A stretch of 64,000 nt of DNA from Bigelowiella natans CCMP2755 (lineage: Eukaryota > Protista > Cercozoa). The stretch spans positions 1-64,000 of the forward strand of contig ADNK01000048.1 of NCBI GenBank assembly GCA_000320545.1. Direction: 5' to 3'. How positions within the stretch are numbered: the first letter of the stretch is position 1; each line of letters begins with the position of its first letter. The position numbers and the translations under genes were made by a program. The notes under the pieces are model-generated. The model ran no database searches, had not been told where the DNA came from, and saw only the letters and a program-made list of their open reading frames with translations. Of the stretch, positions 29,328 through 42,020 are shown in pieces.

Positions 29328-29620
29328 GATCCCTGTGTCTATTATAATTTTCAGTGCTCACATCGCCGAGATTAGATCGCCACATGCTAGCATGCACGGC
29401 GGGCCGCGATGTGGTTACGCCTGCAACAGTTTTATTAGGATGCGTAGTGTTCATCGCCGCCATATGATTCGCGCGTCAATTAATAGTTCCAACTAAAAGT
29501 GGCGCTACATAGCGTTGTCGCTCATGAATCAGAACAGAGTAACGTGACACCAGAATATCGAACGCATGTGGCATGGTTACATAGCTCTAGCAACACCACG
29601 AACTATCAAACAATCCTATG

Positions 29621-29741
29621 TCACTTGCTGCTACCTCTGCCTCTCCCTCTTCGACCACTTCGTCCCCTTCCTCTTCTTCCTCCTCTTCCCCCTCGGCCGC
29701 CCCTTCTCCCTCTCCCACCTCTTGAAGAACTAAAGCGTGCC

Positions 29742-29783
<42 letters not shown>

Positions 29784-31014
29784 GGACCACGACCAGGACC
29801 ACGACCACGAGAATGTCCACGACCACCACTACGCCCGGAACCTCGTCTTCCTCCTCCTCTCCGTCCATTTCCTTGACCACCCCTACCCCTTCCTATAGTT
29901 CGGCCGCCCCTAAACCCGCGACCCCGATTTGGGGAATAATTTGTATATTTCTTGGATTCCTCGGTATGTCTAGTCCCTTGTTCGTTCGTTATCTTTCGTT
30001 TTTTGTAGGTACTGTTGCTCTGGTCAGGCTCTGTCTCGGCCTTTTGTTGTGCTCTTGTCCTCCTCCTCTCTGCTTTTGACTTTTGGATGGCACGTTGCCG
30101 TGCGAGCTGCCCATCAACAGCTTTCTTGACCAAGTTCTGAGGCAACGGAAGTAAAACATGATAACCATGAAAATTTAATAGGTTATACATGATAGGTTCT
30201 AAGTATATATGACCTCCTTGGACAAAGTGGGACGCACATTTATGGCTCTGTTATGAAATTTAGTTCGGTGCAACTTCAAGGCCTATGAAATTAAGACATT
30301 AAGTAAAAAATCAAAGGAAGCTGATTGTGAATCATCCTTTGTAGCATGAAGTAATTGAACATTGGGAAATGAAGTTTCTGGTCGACCTTTTTGGCCGCCT
30401 CTTTGGCGTCGGCACCAACGAACTCAACAAACGCCACTCCCTAATTATTAAATGCTCTTTATTGGTCCAAATCTGGCGATCTTACGAAAATCTAGCGTAC
30501 GTGGGCATGTGTGTAATGGAGGGGCAAGATTTTGGGAGCAGACCTTAAATTTCATTGGCTTGCAAGTCCTATCCATCACCATCCGACAGTCAACACCAGC
30601 AGCCTGAGTGTCATCCCCATTGGGCAAAATACCATTAAAAATGGCGATGCAAAAGATGCATCTTCATGTTAGTCGACCGAACATATTCCCGTGCAATGTG
30701 GGAATCTTAATCGCTCGTTGACAGCGAGAATGGATAAATATGATCTGTGACGCACCCCGAGTTTTGAACAGTGTTGGAATAGCTCGACAATTTGTTGCTT
30801 GGTGGCTTCGTAGGGTACTTGGGTGATGTGGACACTGTTTTGATCCTTTGAGGTTGAAGAAGAAGAAGCTCCGGTTAATATCGTCAATTCCGGCTTGTGC
30901 TCTAAATGATCGGCACATCAAAAATCACAAAAATGTGGAAGAGTATACGGCAGCGTACTAAGATAATGCAAGCATATTTATGGGTATATGAAAGAATATT
31001 ATGTATATATATAC

Positions 31015-31062
<48 letters not shown>

Positions 31063-31130
31063 GTGTGTGTATGTATGTGTATGTGTATGTGTGTATGTGT
31101 GTAACACAAACACACGCATCGATGCAAAAT

Positions 31131-31174
<44 letters not shown>

Positions 31175-31523
31175 AAGAGAGTTAATATAGTACTACCCTC
31201 AAAATCCTTGCCTTCATTCTCATCCTCCTCCGCTTCTGCTCATATAGCTCGTAATTAGACATTTCTAACGTCAACCAAAGTATTGAATGCGTAACCTGGT
31301 AGTCCTCCGTCCTCCTCCTCAGCCCACGCGAGAAGTCCCTCGGGAAGCTCGGGATCTGCACAGGGGTGTATTGAGAGCACCATGTTAAGATCTCTCGTTC
31401 AATTTGGACCGCATCCATAAAGGATGGCGTAATATTAATACTGCTTGGTTGGTTGGAAAGCTGAAGGGAGCATTGACCACCTTGTCTGTCGACAGATTTT
31501 CTTTTCCTTGCTCCACCCTTCAT
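29621..31523 (-). CDS. Single-RRM, RG/RGG-tail RNA-binding protein (likely nucleolar)
   Basis: Spliced RNP2 SVHITQVPYEATKQQIVELF, RNP1 FK|GVAFVEF, ALKLHRTKFHNRAINVR; long C-terminal GRG/RGG repeat; stop at 29621. Confidence 0.85.
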
Positions 31524-32545
31524 TCAACGAGCTCTGACGGCGTCTTAAACGTGAGAGGGCTAAATTGGATGAGAGTAGACTTCAGATGCGGTTTCAATTG
31601 CTTTTATACACCCCCCTTCTTGGTGCGTGAGTCGGTAGTTCGTGGGTGACGAGGGGTGTGGGAGATTGACCTGATAATTCTGGCTCGGAAATCCTCGGAA
31701 TCGACCCTGGAAAAGGGTTTTACTTTATATGTTAAGTTAAAAATTTACACCAAGAACTACCAAATCAGGTTTCAGTTTATCATGGTGTTCATCAACTTTG
31801 ATACAGCGCCCTCTCCAAACAGCTTCGTCGCCGGAAGCAAGCCGGCCAATATTTTACGATGTTTTACCCATGGAATGTTGGCTAATTCGCTGCCGCTTTC
31901 TCTCAAGCAGAATTCCGTGAGGAAGGCGTTTCCAAGGGCGAAACGCCGAAACTGCTTTTCCGCTTCTGCGACATTCCACTTAAAAATCCGAGCCATTTCA
32001 TAGGATTTCTCGAAAATTGAAGAAAAGACATGAATTATCAAATAAATGTATACAATATTGGATATCTCGCTTCAAAATCCTCGGCGTTCTTGCCTTGCTT
32101 AGATAGACTTACATCTGAAATATGGAGTACTAAGAAATGGAGACATCAGAGTCTCATTTCCCAATTTCCAGCCAATGCGGTTCTAAAATTGGAGAGCTGG
32201 GAGGCGAATATCGCGTATTTATTCTCACCTTTTGGATTATTGTGAAGTCGCAATGAGAAAACGGTCATGGATTTGAATTGTACGTTGGGAGATAGGGCTC
32301 TGTGAAGTTATTGTATGCCACAGACTTCATCTCTGGATCCATTACTCGGGGGACACACTAATAGAGCAGCCTGCAAGTCCCCTTCCGAGCTCCGTTTCGG
32401 GTCCACCTCGGAAGACGATCTACAATTATAATCAGTTTTCTCAAAACGAAGATTCTTCCCTTGTCCTAATTTAATTCGAAGATGGTGGGCTGCAGACATG
32501 GCTTTCGAGCGTTGATACTCGCTTTGATGATCCATGAGTTTTCAG

Positions 32546-35500
32546 CTACTACTGCCCCATCAACTTCTCCATCAACCTCCCCATCAACAGGTCCCTTTCA
32601 GCAGATACATTTACAACCTAGTACAAAAGAAACTCGTTGCCGTGTGTCCTAACTGGATCCTCTGTATCGCGCGAAAAAAAATGTTAGTCGACGCCAACAT
32701 CGATTCATTTAATCTGACGATTTGTTTGTATCGATTATTTTATCTACTTCAGCACCAAGTAGTAGCCCCACAAATAACCCCACTTTAGTGCCAAGTTGTA
32801 GTCCAACAGGATCTCCTTTCGTCCCAACACCTACGGGCTCTCCCGAGACAATATCTCCAGCAACTTCAAATCCAACTCCCAGGACTTACTCACCTTCACA
32901 GACGCCCTCCCAATCCCCTTCTCAAACTCCCGTTACGCAAAGTCCAAGTTGTACCCCAACCAGTAAAGCTCCAACCATAACAAGGAACCCAACTGCAAGC
33001 CCAAATACAATCGCACCTACTATCACCCAGCAAATCATTACAGACGTGTCCTCTCTCTCGATCACAGAGGTAGAGTATATGGATAGTAACTCATATAGTG
33101 TACACATCTTTGGATTTGATGCGATTGCCATGCTCATGTCCTTTCTTCTTCTCTCTCCTCCCTAGTGTAACTGTACATGCTTTCATAAAAAGTCCACGTC
33201 ATTGATGGCAAAATCTCGATACGCTTTCCTTACACATCTACAGGGTGGTACATCGGGTACAATTGGAGTAAAACTAGCAAGGGCACCGGGACCAAGCTCT
33301 GTGACGCTTTACATTAACCCTCAGGGAAGCCAGCTTACGGCGTCACACATCTACTTCTATTTTACCCCCTCATCCTTCTCTTCCTACCAGTACTTCACAG
33401 TGCAGGCATCCGTAGACAAGTATGCAGAGGGAATTCAAACAACCTATGTTTCGTTCAACCTGACGGGAGGCGTAGCGGCCACTGCGTCAGTACCAGTGCA
33501 CATTTCTGACGACGTTCTTGCAAATTATGTGTCGTTCACTCCGGCGCTCGGCTGGATGACAGGGGGCGCCGAGGTAGTTTTCTCTAAACCCCTTACTGTT
33601 GCTATGAGATAACTTTGTGGAGAGAATCAAAGAGGATCGATGGGTACCGTTTTGATTTTCAATATTTTCGAAGGTGACGGTTACGATGAACGAAACGCTG
33701 GTGAATCCGAGCACGGGCTCTGTGCCAACTCTCAATTGTGTCTTCGGAAACCAGAGGGTACGGAAAGTGGCTTTTTAAAAAAAATTAACGAGAATAATTT
33801 TGAAGCAGAGATGGCTTGCAAATCTAGACAGGGGAGGAGAGTTACGATACTGATTTGTTTAAATCCAAGTCTATTGCCCGGAGAGATGGAGAGAGAGAGA
33901 GTCGCAATTTCACCACGAATGTTGAGGGACAATGAGCAATTGGCATGTGCTGATGACATACTCAGGTGACAGGGACGTTAGAGGGTACTACTGGAGTTAA
34001 ATGTACCGCGCCATCCTGTCAACTTGCGAACAACGGAGTGGCGTGCGCTGGCACTCTAGTGTCGATGCCTCTTTCGGTCGAGGTACTTTGTCATTCGCAA
34101 CAACTAACAACTCATAAATACAGCTGCTGGAATCTCACCATTCATACTCCTCCTCATTGCCAGGTATCCAATCTGACAACTGGAGCGTCATTATTCTTCT
34201 CCTACATGCTGACCCCCAGTGTCAACGACGTGTCGCCGTCCTCGGGAGATCCCTGCTGCGATGAGAACGAGCTCGCCACCGTACGTCTAAGCCACCTGGC
34301 TTCCCAAGTCCAAAACATCGATTCGCTCGCGTTCTGTAAGTTCGGTCTGCTCACATCAAAGGCGTCGTACGATGCCACAGTTGGGGGCACCAGTTTCACT
34401 TGCAACATTCCCGTGCGATACGACCTCAATGGCAAAGAAACCTCGGATACCGTGGACGTACAGATCACTCTGAACGGCCAGCAGTACACTACTTCGGGCG
34501 GATCTTACACGTATCAGGATTCTCAAGTGGTCTTTGACGCACTGGTTATGCAATGGCTACTGACAATTGTGGGAGTCTTGGTGGGCTCTTGGCTCATTTT
34601 CGGCGGTGCACACATGCTGTTTTGCAGTGGTAAGAACGACAAGCGCAAGGGCAAGAGCCAGGAGCCAACGGGTGCAACAGAACTCCTGGAGCACATCTCG
34701 AAGGACCTTCTCCGAGAGTCGATTGAGAAACTGCCAGATGGTGAGAATATTATCTCGAGTGTTGAGCTCCTTGAAAGCAAGCCTTGGGATGAGGTGAAGG
34801 AGGTGCAGTTGTGGAAGCGCATCTTAAGCATTCGTTGCAGCCTCAGCGTAAGGGCGCTAGAGTTTGAGATGGCAAAGCCTTTCTCGGAACTGGACTGCTT
34901 GTTGGCAGATGCATGGTTGTTCTTGTTCAAACACGAGTTCGATCAAAAGCTCGCGAAGGAGGCGAACGATCTCAACGAAAAGGTGAGGCTTGGGCCTTTC
35001 GGACACTGGCCTATCTTCACATCCAAAGCTTTGGAGGGCTACATGAGTAAAAGCGTGAATCGGCGTAAGGAGACTATTCAGCGCGTGCAGGAAGCAGGCG
35101 ACTCTACCATATCAATGGGAATGCAGATTAGCTTCTTAGATCCTGAAGCAATGATGAAGGGATTGGCCAACAAAAAATTGTGTATCAGGGCGAAGGCAAA
35201 TGAAGGGGAAATGATCTTGAGCGAGTGCAGAGTTGAGGAGCAGCTGCAAGGTGGCACTCTCCAGATGAAACAACTCACATTCAATCGCTCGTCTATTGAG
35301 AATCTGAACTCGCCGATCATCTTCGAACTGGCTCCTGTGCACGATGGACTTTTTGGAAGTAAGAAAGGTGCCACTATAACTGTTGGTACCTCTTCCCCAC
35401 TGAACATTGAATCGGAAATTGGAGACGACGAGAGGAACTCAAGCAATCCTTCCTCGGAGCTCAAAGGACTGAAGTCAGACATGAGTGACAAGGACGAGAA

Positions 35501-36013
35501 ATTAGAGCAGAAGAAAGGTCTGCTGACGGAGGACAAGGACCAACTTGAAAGAGAGGCAAGGCGTACAGAGGTTGTGCCGTTTACGATATTAGATTTGCAT
35601 GTGTATGTTTATGTGTGTGTGTTTGTGCGTGCGTATCACCTTTTGCCGTGGATACTTCTTATATCAAGCGTGTTTTGACATATATTTCATCAAACTTCGA
35701 CCAGAACTAATGATTCATATTTGCCTCGCAGGTTGTAGGAAAGTGCACCGTATCCTTCTACGATTTGTACGACATGTCGGCAGCTCATCGGAGAATGTAT
35801 GGTGCCAGCGGCAAGCTCGAGCGCCTTCCAATAGCAACAGTCACATTCAATCAAAGCATATCTGACATAGCAGGCGCTGTTCCTGTTTCCCCTGCCCATA
35901 GAGACCCAAGAGAAGGCAAAGAAAAAAAGCACGATAGCGAGGAAGACGTCGCCGACTTCAAAAACTACAAAAGAAAGTCGGAGAAGAATCTTTCGAAGAA
36001 GCATGCGGTTTAG
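32546..36013 (+). CDS. Single-pass cell-surface protein: mucin-like PT/PS repeats, Calx-beta-like and IPT/TIG-like beta domains, TM helix, cytoplasmic tail; 5' end uncertain (about 32.1 kb)
   Basis: APSSSPTNNPT..SPT repeats; SLSITE|GGTSGTIGVKLARAP..VTL..FTPSSFSSYQYFTVQASVD; SFTPALGWMTGGAE; VNDVSPSSG..FCKFG..FTCNIP..VQITLNGQQYT; TM WLLTIVGVLVGSWLIFGGAHMLF followed by basic residues. Confidence 0.7.
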
Positions 36014-36580
36014 ATTATGATACGCAACTAGCTCCTTCGCTTCGTTTAAGTTAGTCTGCCCGCCACCAGCAGCAGCAGCAGCAGATCGAGGCTGTTCATC
36101 ACGTCTGTGCATTTGTCGGACAAAAAAAAACAAAAGAAAAAACAAGGGTAGAATATCGCGTCCCCCTTGCTGGCACCTTGAAAGTACACTGAGGGACGCT
36201 AAGCGGCCATGTGTGGAGCGAAACCCCTAATAACTGCACAGATCACTCGTTTCCACTGTACACATACATACATTTTCAATGTGCACCCTATCATCGTTTT
36301 ACTCGCGCATAATTCAAATACATTCACTACCTTCCTAGGTGTATTGTTGTGTTATGCCGCTTGAGTGTTGATTTCTTCTATTGGAGTGTGCGTGTTGTTA
36401 ATCATTCTTCACCTCATGATCATCGCTCTACCTAATAGCTAGTGGTTCATCCCTTGCATTTATAACGATGCATATACATTTTGAAGCGCCTTTGTGTGCG
36501 CGCATAGCATATCTATAGACTATAAGACATACGGCGCAATGAAGTGCGATGCGCATCACATCCTCGATATGATGTACACA

Positions 36581-36690
36581 TACGTACATGTAATGAAGCT
36601 GTATAATTATTTCTATCATCATCCTAATATCGATGTGATGTACGTACATGTAATGAAGCTGTATAATCTTTCTATTATCATCCTAATGAA
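36581..36690 (+). repeat. 60-bp-period tandem duplication whose unit resembles the core of the dispersed repeat
   Basis: TACGTACATGTAATGAAGCTGTATAAT..TTTCTAT.ATCATCCTAAT occurs at 36581 and again at about 36640. Confidence 0.75.
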
Positions 36691-36865
36691 GTTTTGCAAA
36701 GTCTGCGTTTACAGCGTGACAAGCGCTTAAGTTGTATTGTTGTATTTGTGCGTCGTCTCCGCTGTTATGTCCATCATGCATGCGAATGGCTATGTATTTA
36801 CTAGATTTAGCCCGCTTGTAACGAGTACCAATACCAAAGGCTAATGAGCACTTTCAGCTGGCAGG

Positions 36866-36953
36866 TGTGAGACGGATGTAATGCATGAAATGATTAAATC
36901 TTTTCAATAGTCATCCTAATGTAGCTATGCAAAGCAGCGGCTACGACAGCGCT
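36866..36953 (+). repeat. Dispersed intergenic repeat, copy 4
   Basis: TGTGAGACGGATGTAATGCATGAAATGATTAAATCTTTTCAATAGTCATCCTAATGTAGCTATGCAAAGCAGCGGCTACGACAGCGCT. Confidence 0.8.
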
Positions 36954-37269
36954 TATTAGCTCTAGAGCTGGTAGGTGTGTGTTTTAGTGAGCCATCCAAT
37001 GCAAGTTTTTGCTCACCACATACTGGCTTTGGTGATGCGGCGGTCATCAATACACGTAGAATAAGCGAAAATGTTGGCATTATTATTTTTATCTTTTTTC
37101 TATTCAAGTTACATTACTACAACATCACTCTTCTAATCCTTATTTCAAGACTCACAATATATGCCCCGCAGCTCCTCGCGAGAAGCATTGTGTGTATGTC
37201 AGCTGCCGTGGTTGCTGCTGCACACATTATTATTCTTCTCACTTTTCTTGCTTAATTCGTTTTGAGCTC

Positions 37270-38079
37270 CTAGTTCCGGAAGCCATCGTCCTTCTTTTTT
37301 GACCACGCTCTGACGCGCAGGAAAACACACACAGATCAGTGAAAATGAGAGCCTACGACAGCCCGATTGTTGTGATTCCCCATTTAGTTTCGAAGCATCA
37401 TTTCTTTGTGTGCATGCTAGCAGGTGGCACCTTTACTCTCAGCCTTCGGTTGAGGCGGGCTTTTCCTGGCCTCCCTCAAGAACGCATTAGGCACCTCCGC
37501 TCTGCTTCGCTTGACCTGCAGTCGAACGTGAATCTCTCTCATTCATTCATTGACAAGATCGTTGAGAATCCTTCTATTCCCCTTCTCAGCCCTCCCGTCC
37601 TCACCACGCCTTCGCTAATTAGAATGCCGAGTAGCTCGGACGTTGCCTCTCCCTTCCCTTTCCTCTCTCCATGCCATCCTCCTCCTCCCACACATGCGAA
37701 ACAACGCCTCACCCTTCGCCTTGGACGAGGTACTTCGCTGTAGCTCGTTTGAACCTAGATGGTGGGAGGTGGTGAGATACGAGTGGTGAGGACATCGATG
37801 AAATATGTCAAAACCTCAACCGTAAGAAATGGGAGGAACTGACCAGCTTGTTTGTGCGTGCGGGGGTCGCATGGTGGCGGTGCTGGTGAGGGTGGGGGTG
37901 GAGGCCTTTTGGAAGATATGAGAACACTAGAGGGTACTCCAGGACCTGAGGAGGAGGAGGAAGAGGAAGAAGAAGAAAAAGGGGAAGATATTAAGATCGA
38001 TAAAGAATAATGAACGAAGAACTCAGTCGAGCCGTGACGTACAGCGGTTAATGTCTCCTCCTCCTTTCAATATCCACAT

Positions 38080-38122
<43 letters not shown>

Positions 38123-38256
38123 TGAGTGATCAAAAGACAAGATGCCATCACAAAGGCTCAAAAGGCTACTGTGCAAAAACACAGAAACCGCTTTTCATTT
38201 CGACGTTTTCCCCGCATGCCCTACAGCACTCTCTACTCATTTCTTGTGAAGTCCGA

Positions 38257-38296
<40 letters not shown>

Positions 38297-38567
38297 ATAA
38301 GTATCATCACCTGGGCCATGGTGGGGCGTTGGATGGACGATTCAGCCAGCATTTTTCTACATGGTATTTGTTGACTCGTCACCACCACTATCATTCGTCT
38401 ACATGAGAGGGGGGGGAAGGGGGGAGGGGGGGGGATCATCATCATAACATAGATCATCCACGAACCAACCGTAAGAGCTGCTGCAAAGGCTTCACGCAGT
38501 TGATGTGTCCTCTCACTTGGGACTTTATCAGAAACTCGACGTACTGGACCCTCGTCTGATGGTTGCA

Positions 38568-38600
<33 letters not shown>

Positions 38601-39923
38601 CACATGTTCAACATGAGGACCACGGGGAGTAGCAGTTGTAGTAGCAGCAGTTATAGTAGTAGTAGTAGTAGTAGTAGTAGTTGTTGTTGTTTATATATAT
38701 ATATATATATATTTATTTATTTATACATGTGTGTATGTGTGTATGTGTGTACGTGCGTCCACGTCTACGTATCTCTACGGTTCTTCTTCTTCTTCTTCTT
38801 CTTCTTCGTTTAAGATTGAGCACCTGGCCAAACGGCGTGTCTTGAATGGCGCAACCCATAGCTAGCTCCAAGATAACGATCCCCAAACTCCAAACATCGG
38901 CCTAGAAGAGAATATTTATCATGAAAACAGCCGAATTTCGTTTGTTTACCAATGGTTTTACGACGTATCTTATTGTTTTATTGTTTTTGGGATCGGTACT
39001 GTGTGAAACGTGGAGGGGGGTGGGGGGGTGGGAGGGGGGGCTGGTCTACGTAACCTTCGATTCGATAATTTTTCTGATCAGAACAAAGAGGAGATGGGGG
39101 TGGAGAGAAAGAGAGGAGGAGGTGGTGGAGGAGGAGGAGGAGGCTGCCCTTCTTGCAACTGACCTCAGTGCCATACGGTTTCTCTGCAAGCACTTCAGGA
39201 GCCATGTAGAGATTGGTACCTTGATATTCAGTCGTCGTGTTTACGAATTGCGTACGCTGTGTATTACAAGGCTTGCGTGCGTGCGTGTGTGCATGCAGTG
39301 GTGGTGGCTTCTTCCGAGAGGTTAGGCAGGATCTTTCACCGCATATGCTCATCTCCGCTGCTCCCGCACTCCACCAGGATGCAGGCTTGGGCATAACCCG
39401 CGACTAGGGAAAATAATAAGGGGAGGGGGGGGGGAGGAGGGAAAGAATGAGGGTTATAATCATGTGCTGGGCTCTCAATCTATCGGCTTTCATTGCTACT
39501 GCAGGCATGCCCACGGAAGGAATCAACTCGAAGACAGTACTTGAAGCTTATTTCTCCTATTATTTCTAGGCCGCAGAAAAGGCGGCAGGGAGGGCGAAGA
39601 TTGGGATGGGTGGAGGGGGAGGGGGAACGAGGACATCTCTCACAGAACGTACACGATAAACAGCCGAATATATAACCGCGAGCACGCACTATTACCAATC
39701 CAAAGTCGGCGATGCGAATGCTGCCATCCGACACGAAGATGTTGTCAGGCTTGAGATCCCTGTGCACGATCTTGCGCTCGTGGATGTACGCCATTGCGCT
39801 GCTCATCTCACCCAACCATTTAAGGAGGGTTTCCTCCTCAAAGCTGTGGTGGTAGGTAGTAGTGAGAGGATAGGAATGAAATTCTAGCCTTCTCCTCCCC
39901 TAGCCTCCCCTCCCCCCTTGCAT

Positions 39924-39973
<50 letters not shown>

Positions 39974-40659
39974 GCATCATGCACATACTTCCTATATACG
40001 CTTAATATCGCCAGTATCTTCTACTATAGTCACATAATGTCTTCTCTATGGCTTAGTCTTTGTCGTTTCCTTCTCTCCCTACTTCTTCTCCTCTCTTCTA
40101 ATTCTTCTTCATCATCTTTTTTCTCTTCTTCTCCCTCCCCCTCTTCCTACTGAGTCTTCTTCTGCAGCAACTCGTAAAGGTCTCCCCCCTCGCAGTATTC
40201 CATTACGATGCACACCTACAAACACACGTCCTTCACACACGTGCCTGTTATTCCTGAGCGGCAGCTACTACTGCTGCTGCTGCTGCTACTAGTAACCTGA
40301 AGGGCCTCGTTCACCTCAGTCGCCGATCGTGCGGTCACACGCTTCATCACCAGCTAAAACATTGTAAGGAGATTCCCCTGCGTTGTGAAGGAAGAAGTCT
40401 CTATACCGCACTATATTCGGATGATCCAGGACACACAGCTGCTTCACCTCCTGAGCGCTTATTATCCTCTACTTGTAGAATGATGTGTATAGCACGTGCC
40501 ATCATCATCATCATCGTCGTCGTCGTCATCATCTTCTTCTCGTCACCATATCGCCGTTCTTCTCTACTTTACCACCCTCGCACCGAATCCTCCCTCGCCC
40601 CCCTCCGACACAAAAAAAATATTTGGACTGAGAACAAAGGAGAGAGGAAGGTGAAAGGG

Positions 40660-40700
<41 letters not shown>

Positions 40701-42020
40701 AAGTTTTTCAGATATGAAAGATCCCCTTCCTCTCTCTCTCTCTCTCTCCTTTCTCATGCACACGCACACACAGACTCCACAACAACGCCTCTCTCCTGTT
40801 GCAGCAGACCCAGCTTCTTGATTACGCGGTATCCGTGGATAACTTCCGGCGGAGCTTTCTTCTTCTTCTTCTTCTTCTCCTCTGCCTTCGGGATGATGAA
40901 AGGGCTCCCAGGACCTAATGCCGGTGGGGTCGACATATCAAATGATGGTGGGGGGCTCTCAGCAACACTAGGCACTATCGATGCAGGAGTCCTGCGCGAT
41001 TCCTCCTTCCGCTGCCGCCTCTTTCGGTTACTGAACGCGCGAAATATCAGGAGGGTGACTATGTACACCACGGCACACGAGATAGTCACGGATTTTATGC
41101 GGGAGGATATCGTCGGGACTGGCCGACAGAGCCCCTCGAAACACTCTGTTGAGATGCAGTCCTCGTCGCTCCAGCACTTGGCGCCATCGGCCCGATGGCC
41201 TCTGGTTGCTGAGCGACATTGCTCTGCAATGCACAAGCCCGATTTGCAGTCGAAGTGTTCCGCACACTTCGCACCGTCTATGCGGAAGAGGTTTGTAGCA
41301 AAACCTGAGGTGATAATTGTAATCATAATAATTCTGAGGGCCATAGCTACTGCACACCACGAACGGCGGTGACTACCATAGAGAGCTTCACCAGTCTGAA
41401 ACGCCCTGACTTCTTTCTCGGCACCGTCTCGATAAAGGATCACCGAACCCATTTTGGAGTCGAATTCAGAGTTGTTGCTCTGCATATTAGACACTCAACG
41501 TCAACATATTACTACGAATGAAAGCAAAATTCCACAATATCACACCAACCTTGGGGTGGATGGAGTGCTCTGCAAAGGTGATTGGAAGACTGCGAAGTTC
41601 TCGTGCAACTTGAACGTACTTTGGCATGAATTCGTTGCATGTTTGACACCAGTTAACCCTTGATATGGGGGAGAGTGTATATGAACAACAGAAGATAAGA
41701 ATGGCAGGCAAAGGGTCTGGCTTCCTCGCTGAGCCATAAGTGGGGCACAGCCGCCTACCTTATGTAGCAAATTACAAGCCTCTTGTTCTCGGTCAGTTTC
41801 TTGAGCTTACCTGCATTTGCTATAGCGCAGCAAGGAGCAGATATGAATCAAGATTCGGAAGAAGGACAGTAGCGTAAAAAGAGAACCGACCGATAGAGAT
41901 GACATCAGTGCTGGATGAGGGGAAATGGCCCTTAGCGTGGGTGAAGCTAGATCCAAACGCAAGAAAGCTCAAGCAGAGTAGACCAGTGGTACGAAATGTC
42001 TTCGCACAACCACCCGCCAT
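37270..42020 (-). CDS. Receptor-like protein kinase: signal peptide, thioredoxin/PDI-like domain (WCQTC), two Cys-rich repeats, TM helix, NEK-like Ser/Thr kinase (two kinase exons out of order)
   Basis: MAGGCAKTFRTTGLLCLSFLAFGSSFTHA; DVISI|ANAGKLKKLTENKRLVICYIR|VNWCQTCNEFMPKYVQVARELRSLPITFAE; DGAKC..DC.S..C....C twice; TM VTISCAVVYIVTLLIF then RKRRQRK; LDHPNIVRY, CIVMEYCEGGDL, IVHRDLKPDNIF, IADFGL, GTNLYMAPE, ADVWSLG, RPTMAQ|VLEYP. Confidence 0.85.

Noticed and set aside
29740-29830. (CGACCA)n hexamer array as a CRISPR or telomere-like repeat
   Set aside because: It is the antisense of the GRGRGR coding tail of the RRM protein; there are no spacers.
38189-38220. Possible additional displaced kinase exon (GMRGKRRNEKR)
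   Set aside because: Flanking exons join correctly without it and I found no phase-compatible destination.
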